NCBI RefSeq assembly: GCF_032444005.1
Contig: NC_091283.1
Span: 304,916,001-304,980,000, forward strand
Direction of reading: 5' to 3'
Source: Ranitomeya imitator
Lineage: Eukaryota
DNA length: 64,000 nucleotides
Both the position numbers and the translations under genes were made by a program. Below are positions 23,886 to 37,673 of this stretch, in pieces. Below the pieces are notes generated by a model. The model made no database searches and was not told the origin of the DNA. It saw nothing but the letters and a program-made list of their open reading frames with translations. Each line of letters starts with the position of its first letter. Positions within the stretch are counted from its first letter, which is position 1.

Positions 23886-25585
23886 CCCCTTCAAGATGCA
23901 GCCCTTTTTTGTTTTTGCATTTTCATTTTTCGCTCCCCTCCTTCCCAGAGCCAAAACTATTTTATTTTTCCGTCAATATGGCCATGTGAGGGCTTATTTT
24001 TGCGGGACGAGTTGTACTTTTGAACGACAGCATTGGTTTTACCATGTCTTGTACTAGAAAATGGGAAAAAAATTTCAAGTGTGGTGAAATTTAAAAAAAA
24101 AAGTGCAATTCCACACTTGTTTATTGTTTGGCTTTTTTGCTAGGTTCACTAAATGCTAAAACTTGCCTGCCATTGTGATTCTCCAGGTCATTACGAGTTC
24201 ATAGACACTAAACATGTCTAGGTTCTTTTTTATCTATGTGGTGAAAAAAAAATTCAAAACTTTGCTAAAAAAAAAAAAAATTGCGCCATTTTCCGATACC
24301 CGTAGCGTCTCCATTTTTTGGGTTGCACTTTATCATGCCAAAGCATGTCTAATATGAAATACATGAAATATGAATAGCAAAATGGCTTTTGAACATTAGG
24401 AAAAATATTTATGAGACGCTTTGCGCAAAATTTGGCCAAAAAATTGTGTGAGCCCATCAACCATCGTCAAGGGAGGTCAGGGACCCATCAGATTAATGAG
24501 GCCACCTTGACGATGGTTGATGGGCTCACACTATTTGGCCAAATTTTGTGCAAAGCATCTCATAAATATTTTTCCTAATGTTTAAAAGCCATTTTGCTAT
24601 TCATATTTCATGTATTTCATATTAGACATGCTTTGGCACAATAGAGTGCAACCTTTTTTTGTATATTGTATATGGAGATAGCTGCTCCTGGTATGCACCT
24701 ATTCATACTAGTTTGGATGTGCCAGTCATTTTTCTGTCATTTACATTTTTAGTGATCTGGGGTCAGGTAGGGGCTTATTTTTTGCGTGCCGAGCTGATGT
24801 TTTTAATGATACCATTTTGGTGCAGATACGTTCTTTTGATCGCCTGTTATTGCATTTTAATGCAATGTCGCGGCGACCAAAAAAACATAATTTTGGCGTT
24901 TCTAATTTTTTTCTTGCTATGCTGTTTAGCGATCAGGTTAATGCTTTTTTTATTGATAGATCGGGCAATTCTGAACACGGCGATACCAAATATGTGTAGG
25001 TTTGATTTTGTTTTTTTTGTTTATATTTTGGATGGGGCGAAAGGGGGGGTGATTTTAAACTTTTATATTTTTTTTTTATTTTTTTCATATATTTTAAAAC
25101 TTTTTTAAAAAACTTTTGCCATGCATCAATAGCCTTTATGGGAGGCTAGAAGCTGGCATAGCCTGATCGGCTCTGCTACATAGCAGCGATCATCAGATCG
25201 CTCCTATGTAGCTGAATTGCAGACTTGCTATGAGCGCAGACCACAGGGTGGCGCTCACAGCTAGCTGGGATCAGTAACCATAGAGGTCTCAAGGAGACCT
25301 CTGATTACTATGCCGACGCATCGCTGGCCCCCGATCATGTGACGGGGGTCGGCGAAGCGCGGCCGGAAGTTGTAGTTAAATGCCGCGGTCAGCGTTTGAC
25401 AGCGGCATTTAACTGGTTAATAGTGGCAGGTGGATCGCGATTCCACCTGCCGCTATTGCGCACACATGAGAGCTGTACAAAACAGCTGACATGTTGCGAC
25501 TTTGATGTAGGCTCACCTCCGGAGCCCACATCAAAGGGGGAGACACGACAATCGCCATACTAGTATGGGGCATGTCGTGAAGGGG
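23886..25585. mobile_element. Non-autonomous piggyBac-like element, 1.7 kb
   Basis: TTAA-ccccttca ... tgaagggg-TTAA (23882-23885, 25586-25589); homologous to 55537-56822. Confidence 0.85.
24321..24653. repeat. 333-bp hairpin (arms about 150 bp) inserted in the piggyBac-like element
   Basis: ggttgcact...agtgcaacc ends with near-complete internal complementarity; absent from the sister copy at about 55960-55975. Confidence 0.75.
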
Positions 25586-25589
25586 TTAA

Positions 25590-25974
25590 GGATGTCATAA
25601 TCAGCTTCAGATAATACATGACTGCTCAAATTAATGACCTTGTTACGCTTATTGTCAGGTGACAATAGCCTCTATTATGTAATTGACGCTAATCATATTT
25701 ACGTCTGAATAAATTATTCCTTTTAAAAATTGTTACAAAGACGTTTCCAGAACTTTGCTCTAGGACGTAGCAGAAGATAATGATTCTGAACTCATATTTT
25801 CATGTGTTTGTTGTTTTCTCTGTTATACGTTGTTCGCCTGCAGGTCTTTGGGGTCTCATGTGAATTTATTAGGCCGAGTCTGCTGAATGTTTTTAACCCA
25901 AGTATCCACATGTTTATCCATTTGGGAATTCATGGATTCAAGGTCATCTGCTGATAATTCTGATGTAGCAGATG
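25590..25974 (-). pseudogene. Penelope-like ORF fragment, piece 2 of 4
   Basis: TSATSELSADDLESMNSQMDKHVDTWVKNIQQTRPNKFT*DPKDLQANNV; removing the flanking TA and TTAA insertions gives in-frame joins on both sides. Confidence 0.5.
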
Positions 25975-26915
25975 TACAGTAGCATGTAAAAGTTTGTAAA
26001 AGGCACCCCTGATCAAAATTGCTGTTATTAAGAACAGTTAAGCAAGTTGAAGTTCCAAAGTTTGGGGTCACCCAGACAATTTTGTGTTTTCTATGAAAAC
26101 TCATACTTTTATTAATCTAAAAAGTTGCCATATGAATTGAAAATCTAGTCCAGACATTGACAAGGTTCGAAAAAAAGATTTTTATTTGAAATGATAATTT
26201 TCTCCTTCAAACTTTGCTTTCGTCAAAGAATGCTCCCTTTGCAGCAATTACAGCATTGCAGACCTTTGTCATTCTAGCAGGTAATTTGCTGAGGTAATCT
26301 GGAGAAATTTCACCCCATGCTTCAGAAGCCCTTCCCACAAGTTGGTTTGGCTCGATGGGCACTTTTTGGGTACCATACAGTCAAGCTGCTCCCACAACAG
26401 TTCAATGAGGTTGAGATCTGGTGACTGCGCTGGCCACTCCATTACAGATAGAATACCAGCTGCCTGCTTCTTCCCTAAATAGTTCGTGCATAATTTGGAA
26501 GTGTGCTCTGGGTCTTTGTTCTGTTGTAGGATGAAATTGGTTCCAATCAAGCGCTGTCCACAGGGGGTGGCATGGTGTGGCAAAATGGAGTGATAAGCAT
26601 TCCTTATTCAAAATAACTTTTACCTTGTACAAATCTCCAACTTTACCATCACCAAAGCAACCCCAGACCATCACATTACCTCCACCATGCTTGAAAGATG
26701 GCGTTAGGCACTCTTCCAACATCTTTTCAGTTGTTCTGCATCTCACAAATGTTCTTCTGTGTGATCCAAACACCTCAAACTTGGATTCGTCTTTTTCTTT
26801 TATTAGCCAGTCTCAGATATGGCTTTTTCTTTGCCACTTTGCCCTGAAGGCCAGCATCCTGGAGGCACCTCTTCACTGTAGACGTTAACACTGGCGTTTT
26901 GCGTGTACTATTTAA

Positions 26916-27260
26916 AGTAAACCTGTCACCCCCAAATTCGAAGGTGAGCTAAGCCCACAAGCATCAGGGGTTTATCTACAGCATTCTGGAATGCTGTAAA
27001 TAAGCCCCTGATGTATCCTGGAAGATGAAAAAAAGAGGTTAGATTATACTATACGTCATCCTATGAAGATGGGAGGCCCCGGACCGGACCGCAACGCCCA
27101 TCGAATCAGACAGCCCGCCCAGGTGAGTATAATCTAACCTCTTTTTATCATCTTTCAAGTTACATTGGGGGCTTATTTACAGCATTACAGAATGCTGTAG
27201 ATAAGCCCCTGATGCCAGTGGGCTTAGCTCACCTTCAAATTTGGGGATGACAGGTTCCCT
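26916..27260. mobile_element. Kolobok/T2-type MITE
   Basis: TTAA-agtaaacctgtca ... tgacaggttccct-TTAA; removal restores Tc1 B sequence gtactatttaatgaagctgcc. Confidence 0.8.
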
Positions 27261-27864
27261 TTAATGAAGCTGCCAGTTGAGGACCTGTGAAGCATCGATT
27301 TCTCAAACTACAGACTCTAATGTACTTGTCTTGTTGCTCAGTTGAGCAGCGGGGACTCCCACTTCTCTTTCTACTCCCTGTGGATGGAGATAAGGGGAGG
27401 GGGAAAAAATTATAAATTACTGATAGGGGGTTGTTATAAGTCTCCAAAAATAATGGAAGCAACGGAGAATATCCTCATAAAGCAAATAGATGAAGCTGCG
27501 ACTCAAGGAGAAGTCATTATTATGGGGGACTTCAACCACCCTGAAATAGATTGGGGAACAGAAACCTGCCGTTCCAGCAAAGGTAATCGGTGTCTGACAA
27601 CTATGAGAGACAATTATCTTTCACAATTGGTTCAGGACCCAACAAGAAGGGGGGGCACTGCTAGACCTAATATTAACCAACAGGCCAGACCGCATATCAA
27701 ATATAAGGGTTGGGGGTCACTTAGGGAATAGTGATCACAAAATAATAAGTTTTCATGTATCCTTTAATAAGATGTGTAGTAGAGGGGTTACAAGGACACT
27801 AAACTTCAGGAGGGCAAATTTCCAACAGATGAGAGATGATCTTAGTGCAATTAACTGGGACGTT

Positions 27865-30800
27865 TGTTAGGATAAGGTAATTCAGTACCACAATGGACAT
27901 AGAGGTCAGAGCACATACAGTGACCTGACAATAACCCAAAAACATTGAACGAGCTCTGAGACGTGGGAACTCTGCTGACCGCAATCCCTAATCCTCTCCA
28001 ACCACACTAGAGGCAGCCGTGGATTGCGCCTAACACTCCCTATGCAACTCGGCACAGCCTGAGAAACTAGCTAGCCTGAAGATAGAAAATAAGCCTACCT
28101 TGCCTCAGAGAAATACCCCAAAGGAAAAGGCAGCCCCCACATATAATGACTGTGAGTTAAGATGAAAAGACAAACGTAGAGATGAAATAGATTTAGCAAA
28201 GTGAGGCCCGACTTTCTGAACAGAGCGAGGATAGGAAAGGTAACTTTGCGGTCAACACAAAACCCTACAAAAACCACGCAAAGGGGGCAAAAAGACCCTC
28301 CGTACCGAACTAACGGCACGGAGGTACGCCCTCTGCATCCTAGAGCTTCCAGCAAGCAGGAAAAAACAAATAGACAAGCTGGACAGAAAAAACAGCAAAC
28401 AAAATAGCAAAGCAGAACTTAGCTATGCAGAGCAGCAGGCCACAGGAACGATCCAGGAGGAAACAGGTCCAATACTAGAACATTGACTGAAGGCAAGGAT
28501 CAAAGCACTAGGTGGAGTTAAATAGAGCAGCACCTAACGACTTCACCACATCACCTGAGGAAGGAAACTCAGAAGCCGCAGTACCACTTTCCTCCACCAA
28601 CGGAAGCTCACAGAGAGAATCAGCCGAAGTACCACTTGTGACCACAAGAGGGAGCTCTGCCACAGAATTCACAACAGTACCCTCCCCTTGAGGAGGGGTC
28701 ACTGAACCCTCACCAGAGCCCCCAGGACGACCAGGATGAGCCATATGAAAGGCACGAACAAGATCGGGAGCATGGACATCAGAGGCAAAGATCCAGGAAT
28801 TATCTTCCTGAGCATAACCCTTCCACTTAACCAGATACTGGAGTTTCCGTCTTGAAACACGAGAATCCAAAATCTTCTCCACAATATACTCCAACTCCCC
28901 CTCCACCAAAACCGGGGCAGGAGGATCAACAGATGGAACCATAGGTGCCACGTATCTCCGCAACAATGACCTATGGAATACGTTATGTATGGAAAAAGAA
29001 TCTGGAAGGGTCAGACGAAAAGACACAGGATTAAGAACCTCAGAAATCCTATACGGACCAATGAAACGAGGTTTAAACTTAGGAGAGGAAACCTTCATAG
29101 GAATATGACGAGAAGATAACCAAACCAAATCCCCAACACGAAGTCGGGGACCCACACAGCGTCTGCGATTAACGAAACGTTGAGCCTTCTCCTGGGACAA
29201 GGGAAAATTGTCCACTACATGAGTCCAAATCTGCTGCAACCTGTCCACCACAGTATCCACACCAGGACAGTCCGAAGACCCAACCTGCCCTGAAGAGAAA
29301 CGAGGATGGAACCCAGAGTTGCAGAAAAACGGCGAAACCAAGGTAGCCGAGCTGGCCCGATTATTAAGGGCGAACTCAGCCAAAGGCAAAAAGGACACCC
29401 AGTCATCCTGATCAGCAGAAACAAAGCATCTCAGATATGTTTCCAAGGTCTGATTGGTTCGTTCGGTCTGGCCATTAGTCTGAGGATGGAAAGCCGAGGA
29501 AAAAGACAAGTCAATGCCCATCCTACCACAAAAGGCTCGCCAAAACCTCGAAACAAACTGGGAACCTCTGTCAGAAACGATATTCTCTGGAATGCCATGT
29601 AAACGAACCACATGCTGGAAGAACAATGGCACCAAATCAGAGGAGGAAGGTAATTTAGACAAGGGTACCAAATGGACCATCTTAGAGAAGCGATCACAGA
29701 CCACCCAAATGACTGACATCTTTTGAGAGACGGGAAGATCTGAAATAAAATCCATAGAGATATGTGTCCAAGGCCTCTTCGGGACCGGCAAGGGCAAAAG
29801 CAACCCACTGGCACGAGAACAACAGGGCTTAGCCCAAGCACAAATCCCACAGGACTGCACAAAGGAACGCACATCCCGCGACAGAGATGGCCACCAAAAG
29901 GATCTAGCCACTAACTCTCTGGTACCAAAGATTCCAGGATGACCAGCCAACACCGAACAATGAACCTCAGAGATAACTTTATTCGTCCACCTATCAGGGA
30001 CAAACAGTTTCTCCGCTGGGCAACGATCAGGTTTATTAGCCTGAAATTTTTGCAGCACCCGGCGCAAATCAGGGGAGATGGCAGACACAATTACTCCCTC
30101 TTTGAGGATACCCGCCGGCCGATAAACCCGGAGAGTCAGGCACAAAACTCCTAGACAGAGCATCCGCCTTCACATTTTTAGAGCCCGGAAGGTACGAAAT
30201 CACAAAGTCAAAACGGGCAAAAAACAGCGACCAACGAGCCTGTCTAGGATTCAACCGCTTGGCAGACTCGAGATAAGTCAAGTTCTTATGATCAGTCAAG
30301 ACCACCACGCGATGCTTAGCTCCTTCAAGCCAATGACGCCACTCCTCGAATGCCCACTTCATGGCCAGCAACTCTCGATTGCCCACATCATAATTTCGCT
30401 CAGCAGGCGAAAACTTCCTGGAAAAGAAGGCGCATGGTTTCATCACCGAGCAATCAGAACTTCTCTGCGACAAAACAGCCCCTGCTCCAATCTCAGAAGC
30501 ATCAACCTCGACCTGGAATGGAAGCGAAACATCTGGTTTACACAACACAGGGGCAGAAGAAAAACGACGCTTCAACTCTTGAAAAGCTTCCACAGCAGCA
30601 GAAGACCAATTGACCACATCAGCACCCTTCTTGGTCAAATCGGTCAATGGTTTAGCAATACTAGAAAAATTGCAGATGAAGCGACGATAAAAATTAGCAA
30701 AGCCCAGGAACTTTTGCAGACTTTTCAGAGATGTCAGCTGAGTCCAATCATGGATGGCTTGGACCTTAACAGGGTCCATCTCGATAGTAGAAGGGGAAAA

Positions 30801-33683
30801 GATGAACCCCAAAAATGAAACCTTCTGAACACCAAAGAGACACTTTGATCCCTTCACAAACAAAGAATTAGCACGCAGGACCTGAAACACCGTTCTGACC
30901 TGCTTCACATGAGACTCCCAATCATCCGAGAAGATCAAAATGTCATCCAAGTACACAATCAGGAATTTATCCAGGTACTCTCGGAAGATGTCATGCATAA
31001 AGGACTGAAACACTGATGGAGCATTGGCAAGTCCGAATGGCATTACTAGATACTCATAATGGCCCTCGGGCGTATTAAATGCAGTTTTCCATTCATCGCC
31101 TCGCTTAATACGCACAAGATTATACGCACCACGAAGATCTATCTTGGTGAACCAACTAGCCCCCTTAATCCGAGCAAACAAATCAGATAACAACGGCAAG
31201 GGGTACTGAAATTTAACCGTGATCTTATTTAGAAGGCGGTAATCTGTACAAGGTCTCAGCGAACCATCCTTCTTGGCTACAAAAAAGAACCCTGCTCCTA
31301 ATGGCGACGATGACGGGCGAATATGCCCCTTCTCCAAGGACTCCTTCACATAACTCCGCATAGCGGCGTGCTCAGGCACAGATAAAATAAATAGTCGACC
31401 TTTTGGGAATTTACTACCAGGAATCAAATCGATAGCACAATCACAATCCCTATGCGGAGGTAGGGTATCGGACTTGGGCTCATCAAATACATCCCGGTAA
31501 TCAGACAAGAACTCTGGAACCTCAGAAGGGGTGGATGATGGGATAGACAGAAATGGAACATCACCATGTACCCCCTGACAACCCCAGCTGGACACAGACA
31601 TGGATTTCCAATCTAATACTGGATTATGGACTTGTAGCCATGGCAACCCCAACACGACCACATCATGCAGATTATGCAACACCAGAAAGCGAATAACCTC
31701 CTGATGTGCAGGAGCCATGCACATGGTCAGCTGGGTCCAGTACTGAGGCTTATTCTTGGCCAAAGGCGTAGCATCAATTCCTCTCAATGGAATAGGACAC
31801 TGCAAGGGCTCCAAGAAAAACCCACAACGCCTAGCATACTCCAAATCCATCAAATTCAGGGCAGCGCCTGAATCCACAAATGCCATGACAGAATACGATG
31901 ACAAAGAGCAGATCAAGGTAACGGACAGAAGAAATTTTGACTGTACAGTACCAATGGTGGCAGACCTAGCGAACCGCTTAGTGCGCTTAGGACAATCAGA
32001 GATAGCATGAGTGGAATCACCACAGTAGAAACACAGCCCATTCAGACGTCTGTGTTCTTGCCGTTCAACTCTGGTCATAGTCCTATCGCACTGCATAGGC
32101 TCAGGTTTAAGCTCAGGTAATACCGCCAAATGGTGCACAGATTTACGCTCACGCAAGCGTCGACCGATCTGAATGGCCAAAGACATAGACTCATTCAGAC
32201 CAGTAGGCATAGGAAATCCCACCATGACATCCTTAAGGGCTTCAGAGAGACCCTTTCTGAAAATAGCTGCGAGCGCACCTTCATTCCATTGAGTGAGTAC
32301 GGACCACTTTCTAAATTTCTGACAATATACCTCTAGCTCATCCTGACCCTGACACAGAGCCAACAAATTTTTCTCTGCCTAATCCACTGAATTAGGTTCA
32401 TCGTACAGCAATCCAAGAGCCAGGAAAAATGCATCGATATTACTTAATGCAGGATCTCCTGACGCAAGAGAAGATGCCCAGTCCTGAGGGTCGCCACGTA
32501 AAAAAGAAATAATGATCCTAACTTGTTGAACTGGGTCACCAGAGGAGCGAGGTTTCAAAGCTAGAAATAGTTTACAATTATTTTTGAAACTCAGAAATTT
32601 AGTTCTATCTCCAAAAAACAAATCAGGAATAGGAATTCTCGGTTCTAACATAGAATTTTGAACCACAAAGTCTTGAATATTTTGTACTCTTGCCGTGAGC
32701 TGATCCACACATGAAGACAGACCTTTAATGTCCATCGCTACACCTGTGTCCTGAACCACCCAAATGTCTAGGGGAAAAAAAGGCAAAACACAGTGCAGAG
32801 AAAAAAAAATGGTCTCAGAACTTCTTTTTTTCCCTCTATTGAGAATCATTAGTACTTTGGGCCTTCAGTACTGTTATGATAAGGTAATTCAGTACCACAA
32901 TGGACATAGAGGTCAGAGCACATACAGTGACCTGTCAATAACCCAAAAACATTGAACGAGCTCTGAGACGTGGGAACTCTGCTGACCGCAATCCCTAATC
33001 CTCTCCAACCACACTAGAGGCAGCCGTGGATTGCGCCTAACGCTCCCTATGCAACTCGGCACAGCCTGAGAAACTAGCTAGCCTGAAGATAGAAAATAAG
33101 CCTACCTTGCCTCAGAGAAATACCCCAAAGGAAAAGGCAGCCCCCACATATAATGACTGTGAGTTAAGATGAAAAGACAAACGTAGAGATGAAATAGATT
33201 TAGCAAAGTGAGGCCCGACTTTCTGAACAGAGCGAGGATAGGAAAGGTAACTTTGCGGTCAACACAAAACCCTACAAAAACCACGCAAAGGGGGCAAAAA
33301 GACCCTCCGTACCGAACTAACGGCACGGAGGTACACCCTCTGCGTCCCAGAGCTTCCAGCAAGCAGGAAAAAACAAATAGACAAGCTGGACAGAAAAAAC
33401 AGCAAACAAAATAGCAAAGCAGAACTTAGCTATGCAGAGCAGCAGGCCACAGGAACGATCCAGGAGGAAACAGGTCCAATACTAGAACATTGACTGAAGG
33501 CCAGGATCAAAGCACTAGGTGGAGTTAAATAGAGCAGCACCTAACGACTTCACCACATCACCTGAGGAAGGAAACTCAGAAGCCGCAGTACCACTTTCCT
33601 CCACCAACGGAAGCTCACAGAGAGAATCAGCCGAAGTACCACTTGTGACCACAGGAGGGAGCTCTGCCACAGAATTCACAACA
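27865..33683 (-). mobile_element. Ty3/Gypsy chromovirus LTR retrotransposon B, young and near intact
   Basis: 812-bp LTRs 27865-28676 and 32872-33683, about 8 substitutions counted by eye; TSD gacgtt (27859-27864, 33684-33689); PPT aaggggagggtac on minus strand next to 28676. Confidence 0.95.
28508..32849 (-). pseudogene. Gypsy B gag-pol with one in-frame stop (32379-32381) and one frameshift (about 30115)
   Basis: gag, CCHC knuckle CFYCGDSTHAISDC, protease FVDSGA, RT YLDD, RNase H, integrase, chromodomain EYIVEKILDSRVSRRKLQYLVKWKGY. Confidence 0.92.
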
Positions 33684-36187
33684 GACGTTATTCTAAGACA
33701 TAAAAATACACAAAGAAAATGGGAGACGTTTATTAGCATCCTGGATAGGACCTGTGCACAGTATATATCGTATGGGAATAAATATACTAGAAATAGGAGG
33801 AAACCAATATGGCTAAATAGAGCTGTAAGGGACGCAATAAGTGACAAAAAGAAAGCGTTTAGAGAATTAAAGGAAATAGATAGTGATGAGGCATTAAATA
33901 AATACAGAAAATTTAATAAATTCTTTAAAAAGCAAATCAAGGCAGCTAAGATTGAGACAGAGAGACTCAGTGCCAGAGAGAGTAAAAATAATCCCAAAAT
34001 ATTCTTTAACTACGTAAATAGTAAGAAACTAAAAAATGATAGTGTTGGCCCCCTTAAAATAGCCTGGGTGAAATGGTGGATGAGGATGAGGAAAAAGCCA
34101 ATATGCTAAATGACTTTTTTCATCAGTATTTACACAAGAAAATCCCATGGCAGACAATATGATCAGTAATAGCAAAAATTCCCCATTAAGTGTCACCTGC
34201 TTAACTCAGCAGAAAGTACGGCGGCATCTAAAAATCACTAAAATTGACAAATCTCCGGGCCCGGATGGGATACACCCCCGAGTACTGCAGGAATTAAGTA
34301 CAGTCATTGATAGACCATTATTTTTAATCTTTAAAGACTCCATAATAACAGGGTTTGTACCACAGGACTGGCGAATAGCAAATGTGGTGCCAATATTCAA
34401 AAAGGGGACAAAAACTGAACTCAGAAATATAGGCCAGTAAGCTTAACCTCTACTGTGGGTAAAATCCTGGAGGGCATTCTAAGGGATGCTATACTGGAGT
34501 ATCTGAAGAGGAATAACCTCATGACCCAGTATCAGCACGGGTTTACTAGGGACCGTTCATGTCAGACTAATCTGATCAATTTCTATGAAGAGGGAAGTTC
34601 GGGACTGGACCAAGGGAACCCAGTGGACGTAGTGTATATGGACTTTTAAAAAGTTTTTGATACGGTGCCACACAAAAGGTTGATACATAAAATGAGAATA
34701 ATGGGGATAGGGGAAAATATGTGTAAGTGGGTTAAGAGCTGGCTCAGGGATAGGAAACAAAGGGTGGTTATTAATGGAGCACACTCGGACTGGGTCGCGG
34801 TTAGCAGTGGGGTACCACAGGGGTCAGTATTGGGACCTCTTCTTTTTAACATATTTATTAATGATCTTGTAGAGGGCATACAGAGTGGAATTTCAATATT
34901 TGCAGATGACACTAAACTCTGCAGGGTAATCAATACAGAGGAGGACAATTTTATATTACAGGATGATTTATGTAATCTAGAAGCTTGGGCTGACAAATGG
35001 CAAATGAGCTTTAATGGGGATAAATGTAAGGTCATGCACTTGGGTAGAAGTAATAAGATGTATAATTATGTGCTTAATTCTAAAACTCTGGGCAAAACCG
35101 TCAATGAAAAAGACCTGGGAGTATGGGTGGATGACAAACTCATGTTCAGTGGCCAGTGTCAGGCAGCTGCTACAAAGGCAAATAAAATAATGGGATGCAT
35201 TAAAAGAGGCATAGATGCACATGAGGAGAACATAATTTTACCTCTATACAAGTCACTAGTTCGACCACACTTAGAATACTGTGCACAGTTCTGGTCTCCG
35301 GTGTATAAGAAAGACATAGCTGAACTAGAGCGGGTGCAGAGAAGAGCGACCAAGGTTATTAGAGGACTGGGGGGTCTGCAATACCAAGATAGGTTATTAC
35401 ACTTGGGGCTATTTAGTTTGGAAAAACGAAGGCTATGGGGTGATCTTATGTTAATGTATAAATATATGAGGGGACAGTACAAAGACCTTTCTGATAATCT
35501 TTTTAATCATAGACCTGAGACAGGGACAAGGGGGCATCCTCTACGTCTGGAGGAAAGAAGATTTAAGCATACTAACAGATGCGGATTCTTTACTGTAAGA
35601 GCAGTGAGACTATGGAACTCTCTGCCGTATGATGTTGTAATGAATGATTCATTACTTAAATTTAAGAAAGGACTGGATACCTTTCTGGAAAAGTATAATG
35701 TTACAGGGTATATACACTAGATTCCTTGTTAGGGTGTTGATCCAGGGAACTAGTCTGATTGCCGTATGTGGAGTCGGGAAGGAATTTTTTTCCCCAATGT
35801 GGAGTTTACTCTTTGCCACAAGGTTTTTTTTGCCTTCCCCTGGATCAACATGTTAGGGCATGTTAGGTTAGGCTATGGGTTGAACTAGATGGACTTAAAG
35901 TCTTCCTTCAACCTTAATAACTATGTTACTATGTTCTTACACAGTCAGCAAACACAAAGTACCATAAGAACACTGAAGTGATGGTTGTTGGAAATGGGCC
36001 TCTATACACCTATGAAGATACTGCATTACATACCAGACGTCTGCAGCTAGAATAGTCATTTACCACATTAACAATGTATAGAGTGTATCTTTGAATCATT
36101 TACTGTTAGCTTCATTGGAAAAAAACTGTGCTTTTCTTTCAAAAATAAGGACATTTCTAAGTGACCCTAAACTTTGGAACGGTAGTG

Positions 36188-36193
<6 letters not shown>

Positions 36194-36239
<46 letters not shown>
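36194..36239. repeat. (TA)n microsatellite at the Tc1 B right junction
   Basis: Pure TA run immediately after the Tc1 B TIR. Confidence 0.95.
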
Positions 36240-36241
<2 letters not shown>

Positions 36242-37673
36242 GGACTGATGCAAACGTTTAGGCACCCTGAATGGCTTGTACCTAGTAACACCCCCTTTTG
36301 CAAGTATCACAGGTTGTAAATGCATTTTGTTGCCATACAAGAAGTTTTTTTTTTTTTAAAGGTATTTTCATCAAATTTTCCTTGGACAACTTTTCCAGTT
36401 CTGTGAGATTCCTGGGTCGTCTTGCATCCTCTGCTAGCCACAGATTTTCAATGATGTTCACATCAGGGGACTGTGAGGGCCATTGCAAAAACTTCAGCTT
36501 GTGCCTTTTGAGGTCGTCTATTGTGGATTGTGACGTGTATTTAGGATCTCAATCCATTTGTAGAAGCCATCCTCTTTTCACCTTTAGGTTTTTTACAGAT
36601 GGTGTTATGTTTGCATCAATAATTTGTTGAAATTTTATTGAATCCATTCTTCCCTCTACTCGGGAAATGTTCCTCGTGCTACTGGCTGCAACACAACCCA
36701 AAGCCTGATTGATCCACCCCATGCACGGTTGGGTAGATGTTCTTTCCTGAAATTCTGTGCCCTTTTTCTCCACACATACCTTTGATCATTGAGGCCATAT
36801 AGTTCTATTTAACCTTATCGGTCCACAGAACTTGTAGCCAAAATGCATCAGGCTTGTTTAGATGTTCTTTTGAATACTTCTGATGCTGAAATTTATGGTG
36901 AGGATGCAGGAGAGTGTTTTTTCTGATGACTCCTCCATGAAGGCCATATTTGTGCAGGTGTCACTGAACAGTACAACAACGTACCACAACATCGGAGTCT
37001 GCTAAATCTTTCTGGAGGTCTTTTACAGTCAAGCGAGGTGCAGATTTGCTTTTCTAGCAATCCTACAAATAGCTTTAACTGAAATTTTGCTTGGTCTTCC
37101 AGACCGTATCTTGACATCCATTGTTCCTGTTAAATGCCATTTCTTAATTACATTTCGAACTGAGGAAATGGCAACTTGAAGAAAACGCTTTGCTATCTTC
37201 TAACAGCCTTCTCCTACTTTGTGAGCCTCCACCATTTTAATTTTGTGCTAGGCAGCTGCTTAGAAGAACCCAGGGCTGCTGTTTTTGGCACAAGGTAAGA
37301 GGAGGCTGGGTTTTATAAGTCTGGGAAATTTGTATCACCTGGCCTTTCCTAATCCTAACAATGATAGTTAACAAGCCATAACCCTAACAGGCTAATTAAG
37401 GTCTGAAATCTTGATCAAAGTTATCTGAGCAGACAAGTCTTCAAGGGTGCCCACACCCTATAGGCATTGGCCTATTTTCCTTTTTGTAATTTTTAAAATG
37501 TAAAAAAAAAATAACAATATATAATGTATTTTTTGCCTAAAATACAAAGGAAATGTGATATCTTTAACTTTAGGCCTTTTAAAGATGTAGAGATCTTTCC
37601 ATCTTCAGCTTGCTTAATTGTTCACAGTAACTAATTTTGACCAGGGGTGCCCAAACTTTTACATGCCACTGTA

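Larger units (their letters stand above)
27376..35935 (+). mobile_element. 5'-truncated CR1 LINE (copy 1), degenerate ORF2, split by Gypsy B
   Basis: EN GDFNHPEIDW (27342-27731); RT KSPGPDGIHPR, PQGSVLGP, FADD (34147-35720); 3' tail (ctatgtta)n at 35921-35935; AINWDV|ILRHK frame restored across the Gypsy TSD. Confidence 0.9.
26052..36187 (-). mobile_element. Tc1 element B (left end truncated), interrupted by a Kolobok MITE and CR1
   Basis: ttccaaagtttggggtcacc at 26052 and gtgaccctaaactttggaacggtagtg-TA ending 36187; transposase remnants KHGGGNVMVWGCF and WPAQSPDLNLIELLW at 26269-26773. Confidence 0.8.
25977..37671 (-). mobile_element. Tc1 element A, hosting Tc1 B, CR1 and Gypsy B
   Basis: TA-cagt(a/g)gcatgtaaaagtttg...ggcacccctg termini at 25977 and 37671; transposase remnants RVEGRMDSIKFQQI and WPSQSPDVNIIENLW at 36282-36773. 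Confidence 0.8.

Noticed and set aside
32379-32381. Possible programmed stop read-through between gag segments of Gypsy B
   Set aside because: The TAG lies inside the capsid-like region, not at a gag-pol boundary; a CAG-to-TAG mutation is simpler.
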